From NCBI GenBank assembly GCA_030838265.1, contig JAUTXA010000036.1, positions 1 through 37,158 of the forward strand: a stretch of 37,158 bases of DNA, in the 5' to 3' direction. Source of the DNA: Actinomycetota bacterium. Its GTDB lineage: Bacteria > Actinomycetota > Acidimicrobiia > Acidimicrobiales > BP-101. Of the stretch, positions 1 through 10,036 are shown piece after piece; the first letter of the stretch is position 1, and every line of letters starts with the position of its first letter. The translations under genes and the position numbers were made by a program. The notes under the pieces are model-generated. The model had not been told where the DNA came from, searched no databases, and saw only the letters and a list, made by a program, of their open reading frames with translations.

Positions 1-1
1 C

Positions 2-802
2 GAGAGCGGCCGCTGGCGGAGCGACCCCACCGGCGATCTCGGGCGCATCCAACGCCAGCAGGATTTCATCCGCCGCGTGCTGCGCAAGTCGATCTCCCGC
101 AGCAAGCAGAACCCAGCCACCCTGCTCGCCCTCATCAACCAAGGCGTGAAGTTCGTCACCATCGACAAGAGCCTCAACACCGACGTCATGTTCCGGATCG
201 GGAAGCGCTTCCGCTCGCTCTCGCCTGACAGGGTCGACATGCTGACCCTGCCCACCGTCCCCGGCAGCGTGCTCATCGGACGGGAACGGGCCTCGATCCT
301 GCGGCTCGAAGAGCCGGCGGCCCAGCAGACCATCGACCAGTTCCTCGGCAACACGGCGGCGACCGGACAGGGCACCACCGGCGTGCCCACCGGGATCCTT
401 CCCAACTCGGTCCGGGTGCGCGTCCTCAACGGCTCGGGCCGCAGCGGTGAAGGCGCCAACGTGACCAGCCTGCTCTCGAACCTTGGTTTCAACGTGTCCG
501 GCACCGGCGACCGCAAGCCCTACACGACGGGCACGCCCATCATCGAGTACGGCCCAGGGCAAAAGCAGAAGGCCCAGCTGCTGGCCGCCTATGTGGTCGG
601 GGGCGCCACGCTCAAAGCGAACGACACCCTGACTGCCGTCGACCTGCAGTTCGTCACCGGCAGCAGCTACACGGGCTTGAAGGCGCCGGTGAAGGGGGCC
701 ACGTCGACCACGTCGCGGTCGAGCACGGTCTCGTCCACCACCTCGACCACTGTGAAGCTCAAGACCACCCCGGTCGGTGTGTCGCCCCAGCTCGACTGCT
801 GA
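2..802 (+). CDS. LytR-CpsA-Psr (LCP) family glycopolymer-to-peptidoglycan ligase, C-terminal part (5' end outside the window)
   Basis: The frame of ORF 77..802 stays open back to nt 2. It reads ...DPTGDLGRIQRQQDFIRRVL..., the conserved end of an LCP catalytic domain. A LytR_C-like segment follows (VRVRVLNGSGRSGEGANVTSLLSNLGFNV), then a Ser/Thr-rich tail. TGA at 800-802. Confidence 0.8.
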   Translation, partial: ESGRWRSDPTGDLGRIQRQQDFIRRVLRKSISRSKQNPATLLALINQGVKFVTIDKSLNTDVMFRIGKRFRSLSPDRVDMLTLPTVPGSVLIGRERASILRLEEPAAQQTIDQFLGNTAATGQGTTGVPTGILPNSVRVRVLNGSGRSGEGANVTSLLSNLGFNVSGTGDRKPYTTGTPIIEYGPGQKQKAQLLAAYVVGGATLKANDTLTAVDLQFVTGSSYTGLKAPVKGATSTTSRSSTVSSTTSTTVKLKTTPVGVSPQLDC

Positions 803-844
803 CCCAACGACCGCCCCGGCGCACGGCCTGCTAGAGAGAAGGCC

Positions 845-1738
845 ATGAAAGGCATCGTGCTGGCCGGTGGCCGGGCCACGCGTCTCGGCCCGGCGAGCCG
901 GGCGACGTCGAAGCAGTTGATGCACGTCTATGACAAGCCGCTGATCTACTACCCGATCTCGACGCTCATCCACGCCCGCATCAACGAGATCCTCGTCATC
1001 ACCACACCCGCCCAGGTGTCGCAATTCGAGGAGCTGCTGGGTGACGGCTCACAGTGGGGCTGCGCCTTCAGCTACGCCGAGCAGACCGAACCCCGGGGGC
1101 TGGCCGACGCCTTCCTGATCGGCGCCGAGTTCATCGGCGACGACGCCGTCGCTCTCATTCTCGGCGACAACATCTTCTACGGCGCCGGTTTGGGCGAGCA
1201 GCTCCAGGCCTTCACCGACCCGGACGGGGCGGTGGTGTTCGGACTGTGGGTGCCCGACCCCGAGCGGTTCGGCGTGCTCGAGATGGGGCCCGACGGCAAG
1301 ACCGTCGTCGCCATCCACGAGAAGCCGGCCGATCCTCCGTCGCACTTCATGGTCCCCGGGCTCTACTTCTACGACCACAGCGTGGTCGACGTGGCCCGGC
1401 ACCTGCCGCCCAGCGCCCGGGGCGAGCTCGAGATCACCGACGTCAACAACCAGTACCTCGGGCAGGGAAAGCTGGCGGTGTCGACCCTGCCCTTCGCCAC
1501 CGATTGGTTCGACGTCGGCACGTTCGACGCCCTGCTCGACGCCCAGAGCTGGGTGGCCGGCCTGCAGCGGCGGAAGGGCCTGCTCATCGGCTCGCCCGAG
1601 GCCGCCGCCTACCGCGAGGGATTCATCGACGCCGACGGCCTGCGGGCCCTGGCGGCGGCCGACACCCACACCGGTGACCTGGTCAAGAGCGGCTACGCCA
1701 CCAGCCTGCTGCGCATCCTCGACTTCGAGGACGGCTGA
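845..1738 (+). CDS. rmlA: glucose-1-phosphate thymidylyltransferase
   Basis: N-terminus MKGIVLAGGRATRLGPASRATSKQLMHVYDKPLIYYPISTL is the classic RmlA G-x-G-T-R-L / KQL motif. 297 aa. Purine-rich stretch (agagagaagg) just upstream of the ATG. Confidence 0.93.
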   Translation: MKGIVLAGGRATRLGPASRATSKQLMHVYDKPLIYYPISTLIHARINEILVITTPAQVSQFEELLGDGSQWGCAFSYAEQTEPRGLADAFLIGAEFIGDDAVALILGDNIFYGAGLGEQLQAFTDPDGAVVFGLWVPDPERFGVLEMGPDGKTVVAIHEKPADPPSHFMVPGLYFYDHSVVDVARHLPPSARGELEITDVNNQYLGQGKLAVSTLPFATDWFDVGTFDALLDAQSWVAGLQRRKGLLIGSPEAAAYREGFIDADGLRALAAADTHTGDLVKSGYATSLLRILDFEDG

Positions 1739-1766
1739 GCGCCGCCGTGCCGTAGCCTCTAGGGCC

Positions 1767-2726
1767 ATGAAGTTGTTCGTGACCGGCGGTGCCGGCTTCA
1801 TCGGGTCGAACTACGTGCGCTACGTGCTCGACCACACCGACGACGAGGTCACCGTCTACGACGCCCTCACCTACGCCGGAAACCTCTCGACCCTGAAGGA
1901 CGTCGACGACGACCCCCGCTACCGGTTCGTCAAGGGCAACATCTGCGACCCGGGCACCCTCGAGGACGCCATGGTCGGGCACGATGCCGTCGTCCACTTC
2001 GCAGCCGAGAGCCACGTCGACCGCTCGATCGCCGGTCCCGACGACTTCATCAACACCAACTGCTTCGGCACCAACATCGTCATGGACACGGCCCGCCGTC
2101 TCGAGATGGGCCGGGTCATCCACATCGGCACCGACGAGGTCTACGGCTCGGTCGAGCAGGGCTCGTCGAAGGAGACCGACCCCCTCGAGCCCCGGTCGCC
2201 CTACAGCGCATCGAAGGCCGGGTCCGACCTCATCGCCCTGAGCTACCACCACACCTACGGCCTCCCCGTCACCGTCACCCGCTGCACCAACAACTTCGGT
2301 CCGTGGCAGTACCCCGAGAAGGCGTTGCCGGTTTGGGTGACGAACCTGCTCGACGGCCGGAAGCTCCCGCTCTACGGCGACGGATTGAACGAGCGGGACT
2401 GGCTCTATGTCGACGATCACTGCTCGGCCGTCGAGCTGGTGCGCACCAAGGGCACCCCGGGCGAGATCTACAACATCGGCGCCAACAACGAGACCCCGAA
2501 CCGCGTGATCGTCGACAAGGTGCTCACCCTTCTGGGCCAGGGCGACGACATGATCGAGTACGTGACCGACCGGCTCGGCCACGACCGGCGCTACTCGGTC
2601 GACATCACCAAGGTCACCGAGCTCGGCTGGCGCAAGGAGCGCACCCTCGACGAGGCCCTCGAGGCGACCGTCAACTGGTACAAGCAGAACCGCTGGTGGT
2701 GGGAGCCCCTGAAGGCCGGCGGGTGA
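1767..2726 (+). CDS. rmlB: dTDP-glucose 4,6-dehydratase
   Basis: The real start is the ATG at 1767 (residue 32 of track ORF 1674..2726). Sequence MKLFVTGGAGFIGSNYVRYVL... with a YSASKAGSD catalytic YxxxK and typical RmlB length (319 aa). The upstream part of the track ORF overlaps rmlA. Confidence 0.93.
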   Translation: MKLFVTGGAGFIGSNYVRYVLDHTDDEVTVYDALTYAGNLSTLKDVDDDPRYRFVKGNICDPGTLEDAMVGHDAVVHFAAESHVDRSIAGPDDFINTNCFGTNIVMDTARRLEMGRVIHIGTDEVYGSVEQGSSKETDPLEPRSPYSASKAGSDLIALSYHHTYGLPVTVTRCTNNFGPWQYPEKALPVWVTNLLDGRKLPLYGDGLNERDWLYVDDHCSAVELVRTKGTPGEIYNIGANNETPNRVIVDKVLTLLGQGDDMIEYVTDRLGHDRRYSVDITKVTELGWRKERTLDEALEATVNWYKQNRWWWEPLKAGG

Positions 2727-2733
2727 GCGCGGC

Positions 2734-3576
2734 GTGAAGGTCTTGATCACCGGCGCCGGGGGGCAGATCGGACACGATCTGATCAGCGCCTTCGAGGGAT
2801 GGGACGTGGTCGCCACCGACCGCACGACCCTCGATGTGGCGTCGCGCGACTCGGTCCTGCAGGCCATCACGTCGGCCTCGCCCGACGCGGTCGTCCACAC
2901 CGCGTGCTGGACCGCGGTCGACGCGTGCGAGTCCGACCCCGACAAGGCCATGGCCGTCAACGCCCTCGGCACCCGGCACGTGGCCGAGGCGGCCCGCCTG
3001 GTCGGGGCCCACCTCTGCTACATCTCGACCGACTACGTCTTCGACGGCACGTCGACCACGCCCTACACCGAGTGGGACGACACCAACCCGCAATCGGTCT
3101 ACGGCCGCTCCAAGCTCGGCGGCGAGCTCGAGCTCGACCCGACCCAGACCATCGTCCGCACCTCATGGGTGTGCGGGCTCCACGGCTCGAACTTCGTCAA
3201 GACCATGCTCCGCCTGGCCGATGCCGGCGGCGAGATCACGGTGGTCGACGACCAGCACGGCTGCCCGACGTTCAGCGCAGATCTGGCCGGGATGATCAGG
3301 CGGCTGGTTGCCGGTCGCCGGCCCGGAACCTTCCACGTGACGAACAGCCGGCCCACCACCTGGTTCGAGCTGGCCCGCGAGGTCTTCACGCTGGCCGGAC
3401 ACGACGCCGAACGGGTCCGGCCCGTCGCCGCCGCCGACCTACAGCCCCCCCGCCCCGCGCCCCGCCCCGCCTACTCCGTCCTCGACAACGCCGCCCTGCG
3501 GCTGTCCGGCATCCCGCTTCTGCCCGATCATGCCGAGCCTCTCGAGCGCTTGGTGAAGGAGCTGCTTTCGTCGTGA
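2734..3576 (+). CDS. rmlD: dTDP-4-dehydrorhamnose reductase
   Basis: MKVLITGAGGQIGHDL..., STDYVFDG, YGRSKLGGE and DDQHGCPT are hallmark RmlD motifs. 280 aa. Confidence 0.9.
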   Translation: MKVLITGAGGQIGHDLISAFEGWDVVATDRTTLDVASRDSVLQAITSASPDAVVHTACWTAVDACESDPDKAMAVNALGTRHVAEAARLVGAHLCYISTDYVFDGTSTTPYTEWDDTNPQSVYGRSKLGGELELDPTQTIVRTSWVCGLHGSNFVKTMLRLADAGGEITVVDDQHGCPTFSADLAGMIRRLVAGRRPGTFHVTNSRPTTWFELAREVFTLAGHDAERVRPVAAADLQPPRPAPRPAYSVLDNAALRLSGIPLLPDHAEPLERLVKELLSS

Positions 3577-4844
3577 GTCGCATCGCCATCATCGGAACCG
3601 GCTACGTGGGCCTCACGACCGGCGCCTACCTCTCGCACCTCGGCCACGAGGTGGTGTGCGCCGACGTCATGCCCGACAAGGTCGCCATGCTCAACCGGGG
3701 CGAGATCCCCATCTACGAGGCGGGCCTCGACGAGCTGGTGCGGGCCGGCCTCGACGGCGGCCGCCTGAGCTTCGTGCTGGGCGCGGCCAACGCGGTCGAA
3801 GGCGCCGAGTTCGTCTTCCTCTGCGTCCAGACCCCCCAGGGCGAGGATGGCTCGGCCGACCTCACCTACATCCAGGACGCGGCTGCCGAGATCGCGCCCG
3901 TCCTCGAGGCCGAGAGCGTGGTCATCAACAAGTCGACCGTGCCCGTCGGGTCGACCCGCGTCGTCGAGCGGGCCCTCGGCCGCAGCGATGTGTTCGTTGT
4001 CTCGAACCCCGAGTTCCTGCGCGAGGGGTCGGCGGTGCACGACTGCCTGCACCCCGACCGCATCGTCATCGGCAGCGACGACTCCGCCGCCGCAGCCCGG
4101 GTGGCCGGGCTCTTCGACCAGCTCCAGGCCCCGCTCATCGTGACCGACCCGGCGTCGGCCGAGACCATCAAGTACGCGTCCAACGCCTTCCTCGCCACCA
4201 AGATCAGCTTCGTCAACGCCATCGCCAACGTGTGCGAGGCCGTCGGCGCCGACGTGCGCGAGGTCGTCCTCGGCATGGGCTACGACAAGCGCATCGGCTT
4301 CGAGTTCCTCAAGCCGGGACCCGGATGGGGAGGCAGTTGCTTCCCGAAAGATTCTCGGGCGTTGGTGCGCATTGCCGAGGATGCCGGGTATGACTTCGGG
4401 TTGCTCAAGGGCGTGATCACGGTCAACACCGAGCAGTACGAGCGGGTGGCCACCAAGATCGAGCAAGCGGCGGGGGGCTCACTCGGCGGCGTGACGGTGG
4501 CGGTGTGGGGGCTCACCTTCAAGGCCCGCACCAACGACCTGCGGGATTCGCCTGCTCTCGAGGTCATCGGCCGCCTGCGCCAGCGAGGTGCGAACGCCAT
4601 CAAGGCCTATGACCCAACGGTGACGGGCGACATCGACGGCGTCGAGGTTTGCGCCGACGCCTACGCGGCCTGCGAGGGGGCAACGGTCCTGGCCGTCCTC
4701 ACCGAGTGGGACGACTTCCGGTGGCTCGACTTCGACAAGGTCAAGGGACTGATGGCTGTCCCCAATGTCGTCGACGCCCGCAACCTTCTCGACCCGGCCG
4801 CCCTGCGCCGTCGGGGCTTCTTCTACGTCGGCGTGGGTCGATGA
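3573..4844 (+). CDS. ugd: UDP-glucose 6-dehydrogenase
   Basis: GTG at 3573 overlaps the rmlD stop (GTGA). [32 protein letters not shown] Rossmann N-terminus, GGSCFPKD catalytic-Cys motif, 423 aa. Residues 1-258 of track ORF 2799..4844 are an Arg/Pro-rich artefact overlapping rmlD. Confidence 0.9.
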   Translation: MSRIAIIGTGYVGLTTGAYLSHLGHEVVCADVMPDKVAMLNRGEIPIYEAGLDELVRAGLDGGRLSFVLGAANAVEGAEFVFLCVQTPQGEDGSADLTYIQDAAAEIAPVLEAESVVINKSTVPVGSTRVVERALGRSDVFVVSNPEFLREGSAVHDCLHPDRIVIGSDDSAAAARVAGLFDQLQAPLIVTDPASAETIKYASNAFLATKISFVNAIANVCEAVGADVREVVLGMGYDKRIGFEFLKPGPGWGGSCFPKDSRALVRIAEDAGYDFGLLKGVITVNTEQYERVATKIEQAAGGSLGGVTVAVWGLTFKARTNDLRDSPALEVIGRLRQRGANAIKAYDPTVTGDIDGVEVCADAYAACEGATVLAVLTEWDDFRWLDFDKVKGLMAVPNVVDARNLLDPAALRRRGFFYVGVGR

Positions 4845-5785
4845 GGGTCGTGGTCACCGGCGGCGCCGGCTTCCTCGGTTCGCACCTCTGCGATGCCCTG
4901 CTGGCGCGGGGCGACGAGGTGGTCGCCATCGACAACCTCATCACCGGCAGCCTGGCCAACGTCGAGCACCTCTTCGGCAACGCCGCCTTCACGTTCCAGC
5001 ACCACGACGTGAGCAACTTCATCCACGTCGCCGGCCCCGTCGATCGGATCATGCACCTCGCCAGCCCGGCGTCGCCCGCCGACTTCGAGCGCATCCCCAT
5101 CCAGATCCTCAAGGTCGGGAGCCGCGGGACGCAGCACGCCCTGGGGCTGGCCAAGGACAAGGGGGCCCGCTTCTTCCTGGCCTCGACCAGCGAGGTCTAC
5201 GGCGACCCCCTGGTGCACCCCCAGCCCGAGACGTACTGGGGCAACGTGAACCCCATCGGGCCCCGGGGCGTCTACGACGAGGCCAAGCGCTTCGCCGAGG
5301 CCATGACCATGGCGTACCACCGGTACCACGACGTCGACGTCCGTATCGTGCGCATCTTCAACACGTACGGCGAGCGCATGCGGCCCGACGACGGACGGGC
5401 CGTGTCGAACTTCATCGTGCAGGCTCTGGCCGGTCAGCCCATCACCATCTACGGCGACGGCAGCCAGACCCGCAGCTTCACCTACGTCGAGGACGAGATC
5501 CGGGGCTTCCTCGCCCTCCTCGACAGCGACCAGACCGGTCCCATCAACATCGGCAACGACAACGAGTTCTCCATCCGCCAGCTGGCCGAGATGGTGCTCG
5601 AGCTCACCGGCTCGTCGTCGCCTCTCGTCTTCGAGGACCTTCCCGTCGATGACCCGACCCAGCGCAAGCCCGATCTCACGTTGGCCCGGACCCTCCTCGG
5701 TTGGGAGCCGAAGGTGCAGCTGCGCGAGGGTCTCGCCCGCACCTCCGAGTGGTTTGCCGCCCAGGCGACGAAAGGTCAGCTGTGA
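4841..5785 (+). CDS. uxs: UDP-glucuronate decarboxylase (UDP-xylose synthase)
   Basis: ATG at 4841 overlaps the ugd stop (ATGA). [20 protein letters not shown]..., [62 protein letters not shown] and [12 protein letters not shown] match the UXS signature closely. Confidence 0.88.
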   Translation: MRVVVTGGAGFLGSHLCDALLARGDEVVAIDNLITGSLANVEHLFGNAAFTFQHHDVSNFIHVAGPVDRIMHLASPASPADFERIPIQILKVGSRGTQHALGLAKDKGARFFLASTSEVYGDPLVHPQPETYWGNVNPIGPRGVYDEAKRFAEAMTMAYHRYHDVDVRIVRIFNTYGERMRPDDGRAVSNFIVQALAGQPITIYGDGSQTRSFTYVEDEIRGFLALLDSDQTGPINIGNDNEFSIRQLAEMVLELTGSSSPLVFEDLPVDDPTQRKPDLTLARTLLGWEPKVQLREGLARTSEWFAAQATKGQL

Positions 5786-6519
5786 GCTCCACCGACTCAA
5801 CCGAGTTCTCCGACTTCCCCCTGCCCACCTACCGCACGCTGTCGGTGATCGTCCCCGTGTTCAACGAGCGCAACACGGTGGGCGAGATCATCCGCCGCAT
5901 GCGCAAGGTCGAGCTGCCCGTCGACCTCCAGATCGTGGTGGTCGACGACGCGTCAGCCGACGGCACCGACAAGATCCTCACCGCCCTCGAGGACTCGACG
6001 GTCCGCGTCATCAGCCACCCCACCAACCAGGGCAAGGGGGCGGCGATCCGCACCGGGCTCGAGTTCGCCAGCGGCGACCTGATCCTCATCCAGGATGCCG
6101 ACCTCGAGTACGACCCTGACGACTGGCCGAAGTTGCTGGCGCCGATCATGAAGGGCAAGGCGACCGTGGTCTACGGTAGCCGCTTCACCGGTGAGCGCCG
6201 CAACATGCTCTTCCTGCACTGGGTCGGCAACCGCTTCCTGTCGCTGGTCACCAACGTGCTCTACAACACGACCATCTCCGACATGGAGACGTGTTACAAG
6301 CTGTTCGACCGCAAGGCCATCGAGGGCCTCACCATCGAGTCGAACCGCTTCGACTTCGAGCCCGAGATCACGGCCAAGGTCATCCGCCGCGGCCACCGCA
6401 TCTACGAGGTGCCCATCTCGTACGCCGGGCGCGAGTTCGACGAGGGCAAGAAGATCACCTGGAAGGACGGCTTCGGCGCCATCTGGGCCTTGGTCAAGTA
6501 TCGAGTCAAGCCCCTCTAG
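5782..6519 (+). CDS. GT2 glycosyltransferase, DPM/DPG-synthase-like (putative polyprenyl-phosphate sugar synthase)
   Basis: GTG at 5782 overlaps the uxs stop. [14 protein letters not shown]..., [22 protein letters not shown] and [10 protein letters not shown] (DxD region) resemble GtrB/CsbB/DPM1-type GT2 enzymes. 245 aa. No obvious C-terminal TM helices. Confidence 0.78.
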   Translation: MSSTDSTEFSDFPLPTYRTLSVIVPVFNERNTVGEIIRRMRKVELPVDLQIVVVDDASADGTDKILTALEDSTVRVISHPTNQGKGAAIRTGLEFASGDLILIQDADLEYDPDDWPKLLAPIMKGKATVVYGSRFTGERRNMLFLHWVGNRFLSLVTNVLYNTTISDMETCYKLFDRKAIEGLTIESNRFDFEPEITAKVIRRGHRIYEVPISYAGREFDEGKKITWKDGFGAIWALVKYRVKPL

Positions 6520-7772
6520 CCGCGGGGCGGCACGGATCGGCGACGAGCGGTGGCCAGCTCGGAGAAGAGCTCCTCGTAGGACTGGGCCACCGCCGCGGGC
6601 GAGGCCCATCCCTCGACCCACGCCCGTCCCCGCTGGCCCATGGCCGCCGCCTCGTCGGGGCTGGCGAGCAGCCGCCCGAGGGCGGCAGTGAAGGCCTCGG
6701 GGTCGTCGGGGGGCACGGCGATGCCGGCGCCGGCCCGCTCGACGATGCGGGCCACCTCGCTGCCCTCGTCGACGCTGGCCACCAACGGGCGCCCGGCGGC
6801 CAGGATCGAGTACGTCTTCGACGGCACCGACGCCCGGGCCAAGCCCCGCTTGAGGGGGACGAGGTGGATGTCGCCGGCGGCGAGCAGCTCGGGCAGGCGC
6901 TCGGCCGGCTGCATGGCGACGAAGCGCACGTTGTCGAGGTCGGCCGCCGCCTCGCGCAGGCCGATGAGGGCGGCGCCACCCCCGTTGATGACGAACATCA
7001 CGTCCGGGTGCTGGGCGCGCAAGGCGCGCGCCGCGTAGAGGACGAGGTCGAGCGACTGTGACATGCCGACGTTGCCGGCATAGAGCACCACCCGCTTGCC
7101 ACTGAGCGCGTACTCGGCCCGGTAGGAGTTCTCGGCCGGCATCGGACGGATGAGCTCGGTGTCGACGAAGTTGGGGATGACGCGGATCTTGTGGGCCTGG
7201 CCGGGCCCGACCTTGTCGACCAGATTGGCCCGGAGGTCGTCGGAGAGGACCGTGACGGCGTCGGCCCGGTGGTAGGACCACAGCTCGAGCTTGTAGGACG
7301 CGGCGATCACCTTGGGGTTGGTGAGGGCGCCGAGGTCGATGGCCACGTCGGGGTAGACGTCTTGGATGTTGAACACCAAGGGGGCTCGACGGGCCTTGGC
7401 CACCATCCAGCCCACCCCGCCGAGGGTGAGCGGGGGCGACACGGCGAGCACGGCGTCGACCTTCGGGCCCAGGGCCCCGACGGCGGCGGCCAGGGCACTG
7501 AAGCCGGCGAAGGCGGCGGCCCGGCGGGGGATGTCGGTCTTGTCGGTGGGGAAGGGGTGCAGGCGCGTCACCGACCCCCACTCGGTCTGCTCCTTGCGGA
7601 CGAGCCTTCCCTCGAAGCCGGGCTCGACCCGGTGGTCTTTGTACCAGGGCAGGGCGGTGATGACCTCGATGCGGTGACCTCGGTTGGCCAGCTCGGTGAC
7701 GATCCGCGTCCAGACCGCGCCGGTGGGCGCCACGTCGGGTGCGAAGTGGGGGGGAAGGACGACGAGGTTCAC
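6516..7772 (-). CDS. GT4 glycosyltransferase (WcaI-like)
   Basis: GTG at 7772 overlaps the stop of the upstream gene (GTGA). VNLVVLPPHFAPDVAPTGAVWTRIVTELANRGHRIEVIT... N-terminal GT-B half. C-terminal half carries VPSKTYSILAAGRPLVA. 418 aa. The rest of track ORF 6516..8846 is an out-of-frame artefact over the neighbouring gene. Confidence 0.82.
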   Translation of the reverse strand: MNLVVLPPHFAPDVAPTGAVWTRIVTELANRGHRIEVITALPWYKDHRVEPGFEGRLVRKEQTEWGSVTRLHPFPTDKTDIPRRAAAFAGFSALAAAVGALGPKVDAVLAVSPPLTLGGVGWMVAKARRAPLVFNIQDVYPDVAIDLGALTNPKVIAASYKLELWSYHRADAVTVLSDDLRANLVDKVGPGQAHKIRVIPNFVDTELIRPMPAENSYRAEYALSGKRVVLYAGNVGMSQSLDLVLYAARALRAQHPDVMFVINGGGAALIGLREAAADLDNVRFVAMQPAERLPELLAAGDIHLVPLKRGLARASVPSKTYSILAAGRPLVASVDEGSEVARIVERAGAGIAVPPDDPEAFTAALGRLLASPDEAAAMGQRGRAWVEGWASPAAVAQSYEELFSELATARRRSVPPRG

Positions 7773-8878
7773 GATTGAAGGGCGAGATGGTAGGCCGCGA
7801 CCAAGGCCCGGGCTGCGACTTCGGGGCGGAAGGCCTGGGCTCGTTGCCGGCCGGCGGCCACCAGCCGACCGCGCAAGGCCTCGTCGTCGAGCAGGCCGCT
7901 CATGGCGTCGGCCCACGCGTGGGAATCGTCGGGCGGAAGCAGGATGCCGGCGTCGCCCACGACCTCGGGCAAGGCCGTGGTGTCCGACGCGATGACCGCG
8001 CAGTCGCGCTGCATGGCCTCCACCACCGGCGCCCCGAACCCTTCGTAGCGCGAAGGGAAGACCAAGCCGACTGCGGCCCGGTAGAGGGCGTCGAGGGCGG
8101 CGTCGGACACCCGTCCCAGCTGGTGGAAGCGAGCGCCCACCCCGAGAGCGTCGGCTCGCGCTCGTAGGGCGGCGTCCTCTGTCCACGGCAGCCCGGTGCA
8201 GATCAGGTGAGCACCGGCGAGGTGAGGAAGGGCGTCGATCACCACCGCGTGGTTCTTGTGGGGGTAGGCGATGGCGGGCAGCAGGAAGAAGGTCTCGGGC
8301 AGGCCCGGGGGAAGGGCCTCGGGCGTGGGTTGGGGCGGGGGTAGGACGGCGTGGGGGACGACGGCGGTGCGCGCCGGCGACACCCCGAGATGGTCGATGA
8401 CGCTGCGGCGGGTGAACTCGCTCACCGTCATCACCACCCGAGCCCGATGGGCCGAGCGGGGCATGACCCGTCCGAGGTAGGCCCGCTTGCCGGCCGAGAA
8501 GAACTGGGGAAGGTCGAGGTACTGGAGGTCGTGGATGGTGACCACGTTGGGTCGCGGCGCGAGGGCCGGAATCGTGCCCCCCAGGTGATGGACCAGGTCG
8601 AAGCCCGCGGTGCGGGCGGCCAGCCACGTGCTCTCGGACGCGACTCTCAATGCCTTGGGCCGTCCACCTGTGGGCGACACCCGCGTCGGCCACCGACGAA
8701 CCAGGTCGGGATGGGCCGGGGCGAAGGCGGGGAGAGCGAACAGGGTGAGGTCGACGTCGCGCTCGGCCGCGGGCAGGTCGGCGACGGCCGCGGCCAGCCG
8801 GGTGGCGTAGGACTCGGTGCCGCCGACCGCACCGGGCCGCAACCACAGCAGGTTCAGGGCGATGCGGGCCGACGTCAC
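7769..8878 (-). CDS. GT4 glycosyltransferase
   Basis: GTG at 8878 overlaps the stop of the upstream gene. ...VFPSRYEGFGAPVVEAMQRDCAVIASDTTALPEVVGDAGILLPP is the E-x7-E Glycos_transf_1 signature. 369 aa. Confidence 0.82.
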   Translation of the reverse strand: MTSARIALNLLWLRPGAVGGTESYATRLAAAVADLPAAERDVDLTLFALPAFAPAHPDLVRRWPTRVSPTGGRPKALRVASESTWLAARTAGFDLVHHLGGTIPALAPRPNVVTIHDLQYLDLPQFFSAGKRAYLGRVMPRSAHRARVVMTVSEFTRRSVIDHLGVSPARTAVVPHAVLPPPQPTPEALPPGLPETFFLLPAIAYPHKNHAVVIDALPHLAGAHLICTGLPWTEDAALRARADALGVGARFHQLGRVSDAALDALYRAAVGLVFPSRYEGFGAPVVEAMQRDCAVIASDTTALPEVVGDAGILLPPDDSHAWADAMSGLLDDEALRGRLVAAGRQRAQAFRPEVAARALVAAYHLALQS

Positions 8879-10014
8879 GGCGCCACCTCGGCGTAGGCCG
8901 CGACCACCAGCCGGGCGGTGCGGTCCCACGTGAACTCGGCGGCCCGCAGTCGGCCGGCCGAGGAGAGCTCGGCCGCGAGGGCGGTGTCGGTCACCACCCG
9001 CTCGATCCCTTCGGCGATCGACTCGGGAGAGCCGGCGTCGACCAGCACCGCCGCCCCCTGGCTGACCTCTTCGGTCGACGACCCCCGGGACGTGACGACC
9101 GGGGCGCCGTGGGCCATGGCCTCGAGCACCGGAAGGCCGAAGCCCTCGAAGTGGCTCGGGTAGCAGAAGACGCTGGCCTCGGCGTAGAGGCGGGCCAAAT
9201 CGGCATCGGGGACGAAGCCCACCACCTTGACGCGCGATCGCTCGGCCCCGATGAGGAACTCGAGGTCTTCATTCCAACCCTTAGGCCCGACGAGAACGAG
9301 GTCGAGGTCGAGGTCGGCCCGACGCTTCTCGATGAGGCGGAAGGCGTCGACCAGGCCACCCAGGTTCTTGCGGGGCTCGGTCGTGCCCACCCACAAGATG
9401 AAGGGGCGCGTCAGCCCGTAGCGTCGCCGGACCTCACCAACGTCGGTCACCGCCACCGGGTTCGGCGGGTCGACGCCCCAGGGCACCAGTCGCAGGCGCG
9501 CCGGTTCGAGGCCATGCTCGACGCACGAGTCGATGGTCGCCTGCGACGGGCAGAGGATGAGGTCGGCGTCGGTGCGCACCAGCTCGAGGGCGCGGTCGAA
9601 AAACGACAGGCCGCGCCGGGTGAACCACCGGGGCTCGACGAGGTGGGCCAGGTCGTGGATGGTGGCCACGATCGGCACGCTGTGGGGCGGCATGGCCCAG
9701 GCCGTGGCGTGGATCACGTCGACCGGCCCCGTGGCCCGCTCGACGTGGGGTCGGCGCAGGCGATGCCACGCCTCGTAGAGGGCGAGTCGAGGCAGGGGAA
9801 GGGCCCGCACCGGGATCACGGGCACGAACGCCGGCGCGGGCGGGCGGCGGTGGCGGGCCGACACCCCGACCAGCTCGGGGGCGTCGCCGAGGCGGGTGAT
9901 GGCGTCGACCATGCGCAGGATCGACGTCGCCGTGCCGCCTGGAACTCGGTGCCAGCACTGCTCGAGGGTGACGGCGATGCGCCGCTCCGGGGCCACGGCG
10001 GGTGATTGTCGCAT
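8875..10014 (-). CDS. GT4 glycosyltransferase
   Basis: ATG at 10014 (residue 47 of track ORF). ...CYPSHFEGFGLPVLEAMAHGAPVVTSRGSSTEEV is the GT4 signature. 379 aa. An alternative ATG at 10044 would overlap the divergent fcl start. Confidence 0.8.
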   Translation of the reverse strand: MRQSPAVAPERRIAVTLEQCWHRVPGGTATSILRMVDAITRLGDAPELVGVSARHRRPPAPAFVPVIPVRALPLPRLALYEAWHRLRRPHVERATGPVDVIHATAWAMPPHSVPIVATIHDLAHLVEPRWFTRRGLSFFDRALELVRTDADLILCPSQATIDSCVEHGLEPARLRLVPWGVDPPNPVAVTDVGEVRRRYGLTRPFILWVGTTEPRKNLGGLVDAFRLIEKRRADLDLDLVLVGPKGWNEDLEFLIGAERSRVKVVGFVPDADLARLYAEASVFCYPSHFEGFGLPVLEAMAHGAPVVTSRGSSTEEVSQGAAVLVDAGSPESIAEGIERVVTDTALAAELSSAGRLRAAEFTWDRTARLVVAAYAEVAP

Positions 10015-10030
10015 CAGTTTGGGGCGCCGG

Positions 10031-10036
10031 TACGCT
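10031..10036 (+). promoter_or_regulatory. candidate -10 element TACGCT (TANNNT) 6 nt upstream of the fcl ATG, implying a leaderless transcript
   Basis: Only 28 nt separate the divergent starts at 10014(-) and 10043(+). TACGCT-gcccgc-ATG has the spacing seen for actinobacterial leaderless mRNAs. Confidence 0.3.

Noticed and set aside
1683-2972. Long antisense or out-of-frame ORFs from the track. Examples: 1049-1801(-), 1683-2972(-), 3528-4466(-), 4823-5800(-), 5953-7581(-), 9434-11116(-), 11339-12130(-), 17598-19436(-), 22381-24573(-), 24814-27027(-), 25068-27320(+), 27010-28581(+), 27347-29029(-), 29106-30383(-), 32497-34842(-), 33828-34763(+).
   Set aside because: Their translations are monotonous Arg/Pro/Gly/Ala strings with no recognisable motifs. 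Each lies fully over a gene with clear family signatures in another frame or strand. Stop-poor alternative frames are expected at this GC content.
2799-3572. N-terminal extensions of track ORFs: 2799-3572, 4649-4840, 5701-5781, 7773-8846, 8879-8929, 10015-10152, 9896-10042, 14443-15000, 17391-17645, 18751-19710, 20823-21065, 27086-27319, 30644-31189 and 31079-31621.
   Set aside because: These extensions overlap the preceding gene out of frame and are Arg/Pro-rich. In each case a start codon forms an ATGA/GTGA overlap with the upstream stop, or a start preceding a proper N-terminal motif or signal peptide gives a protein of canonical length.
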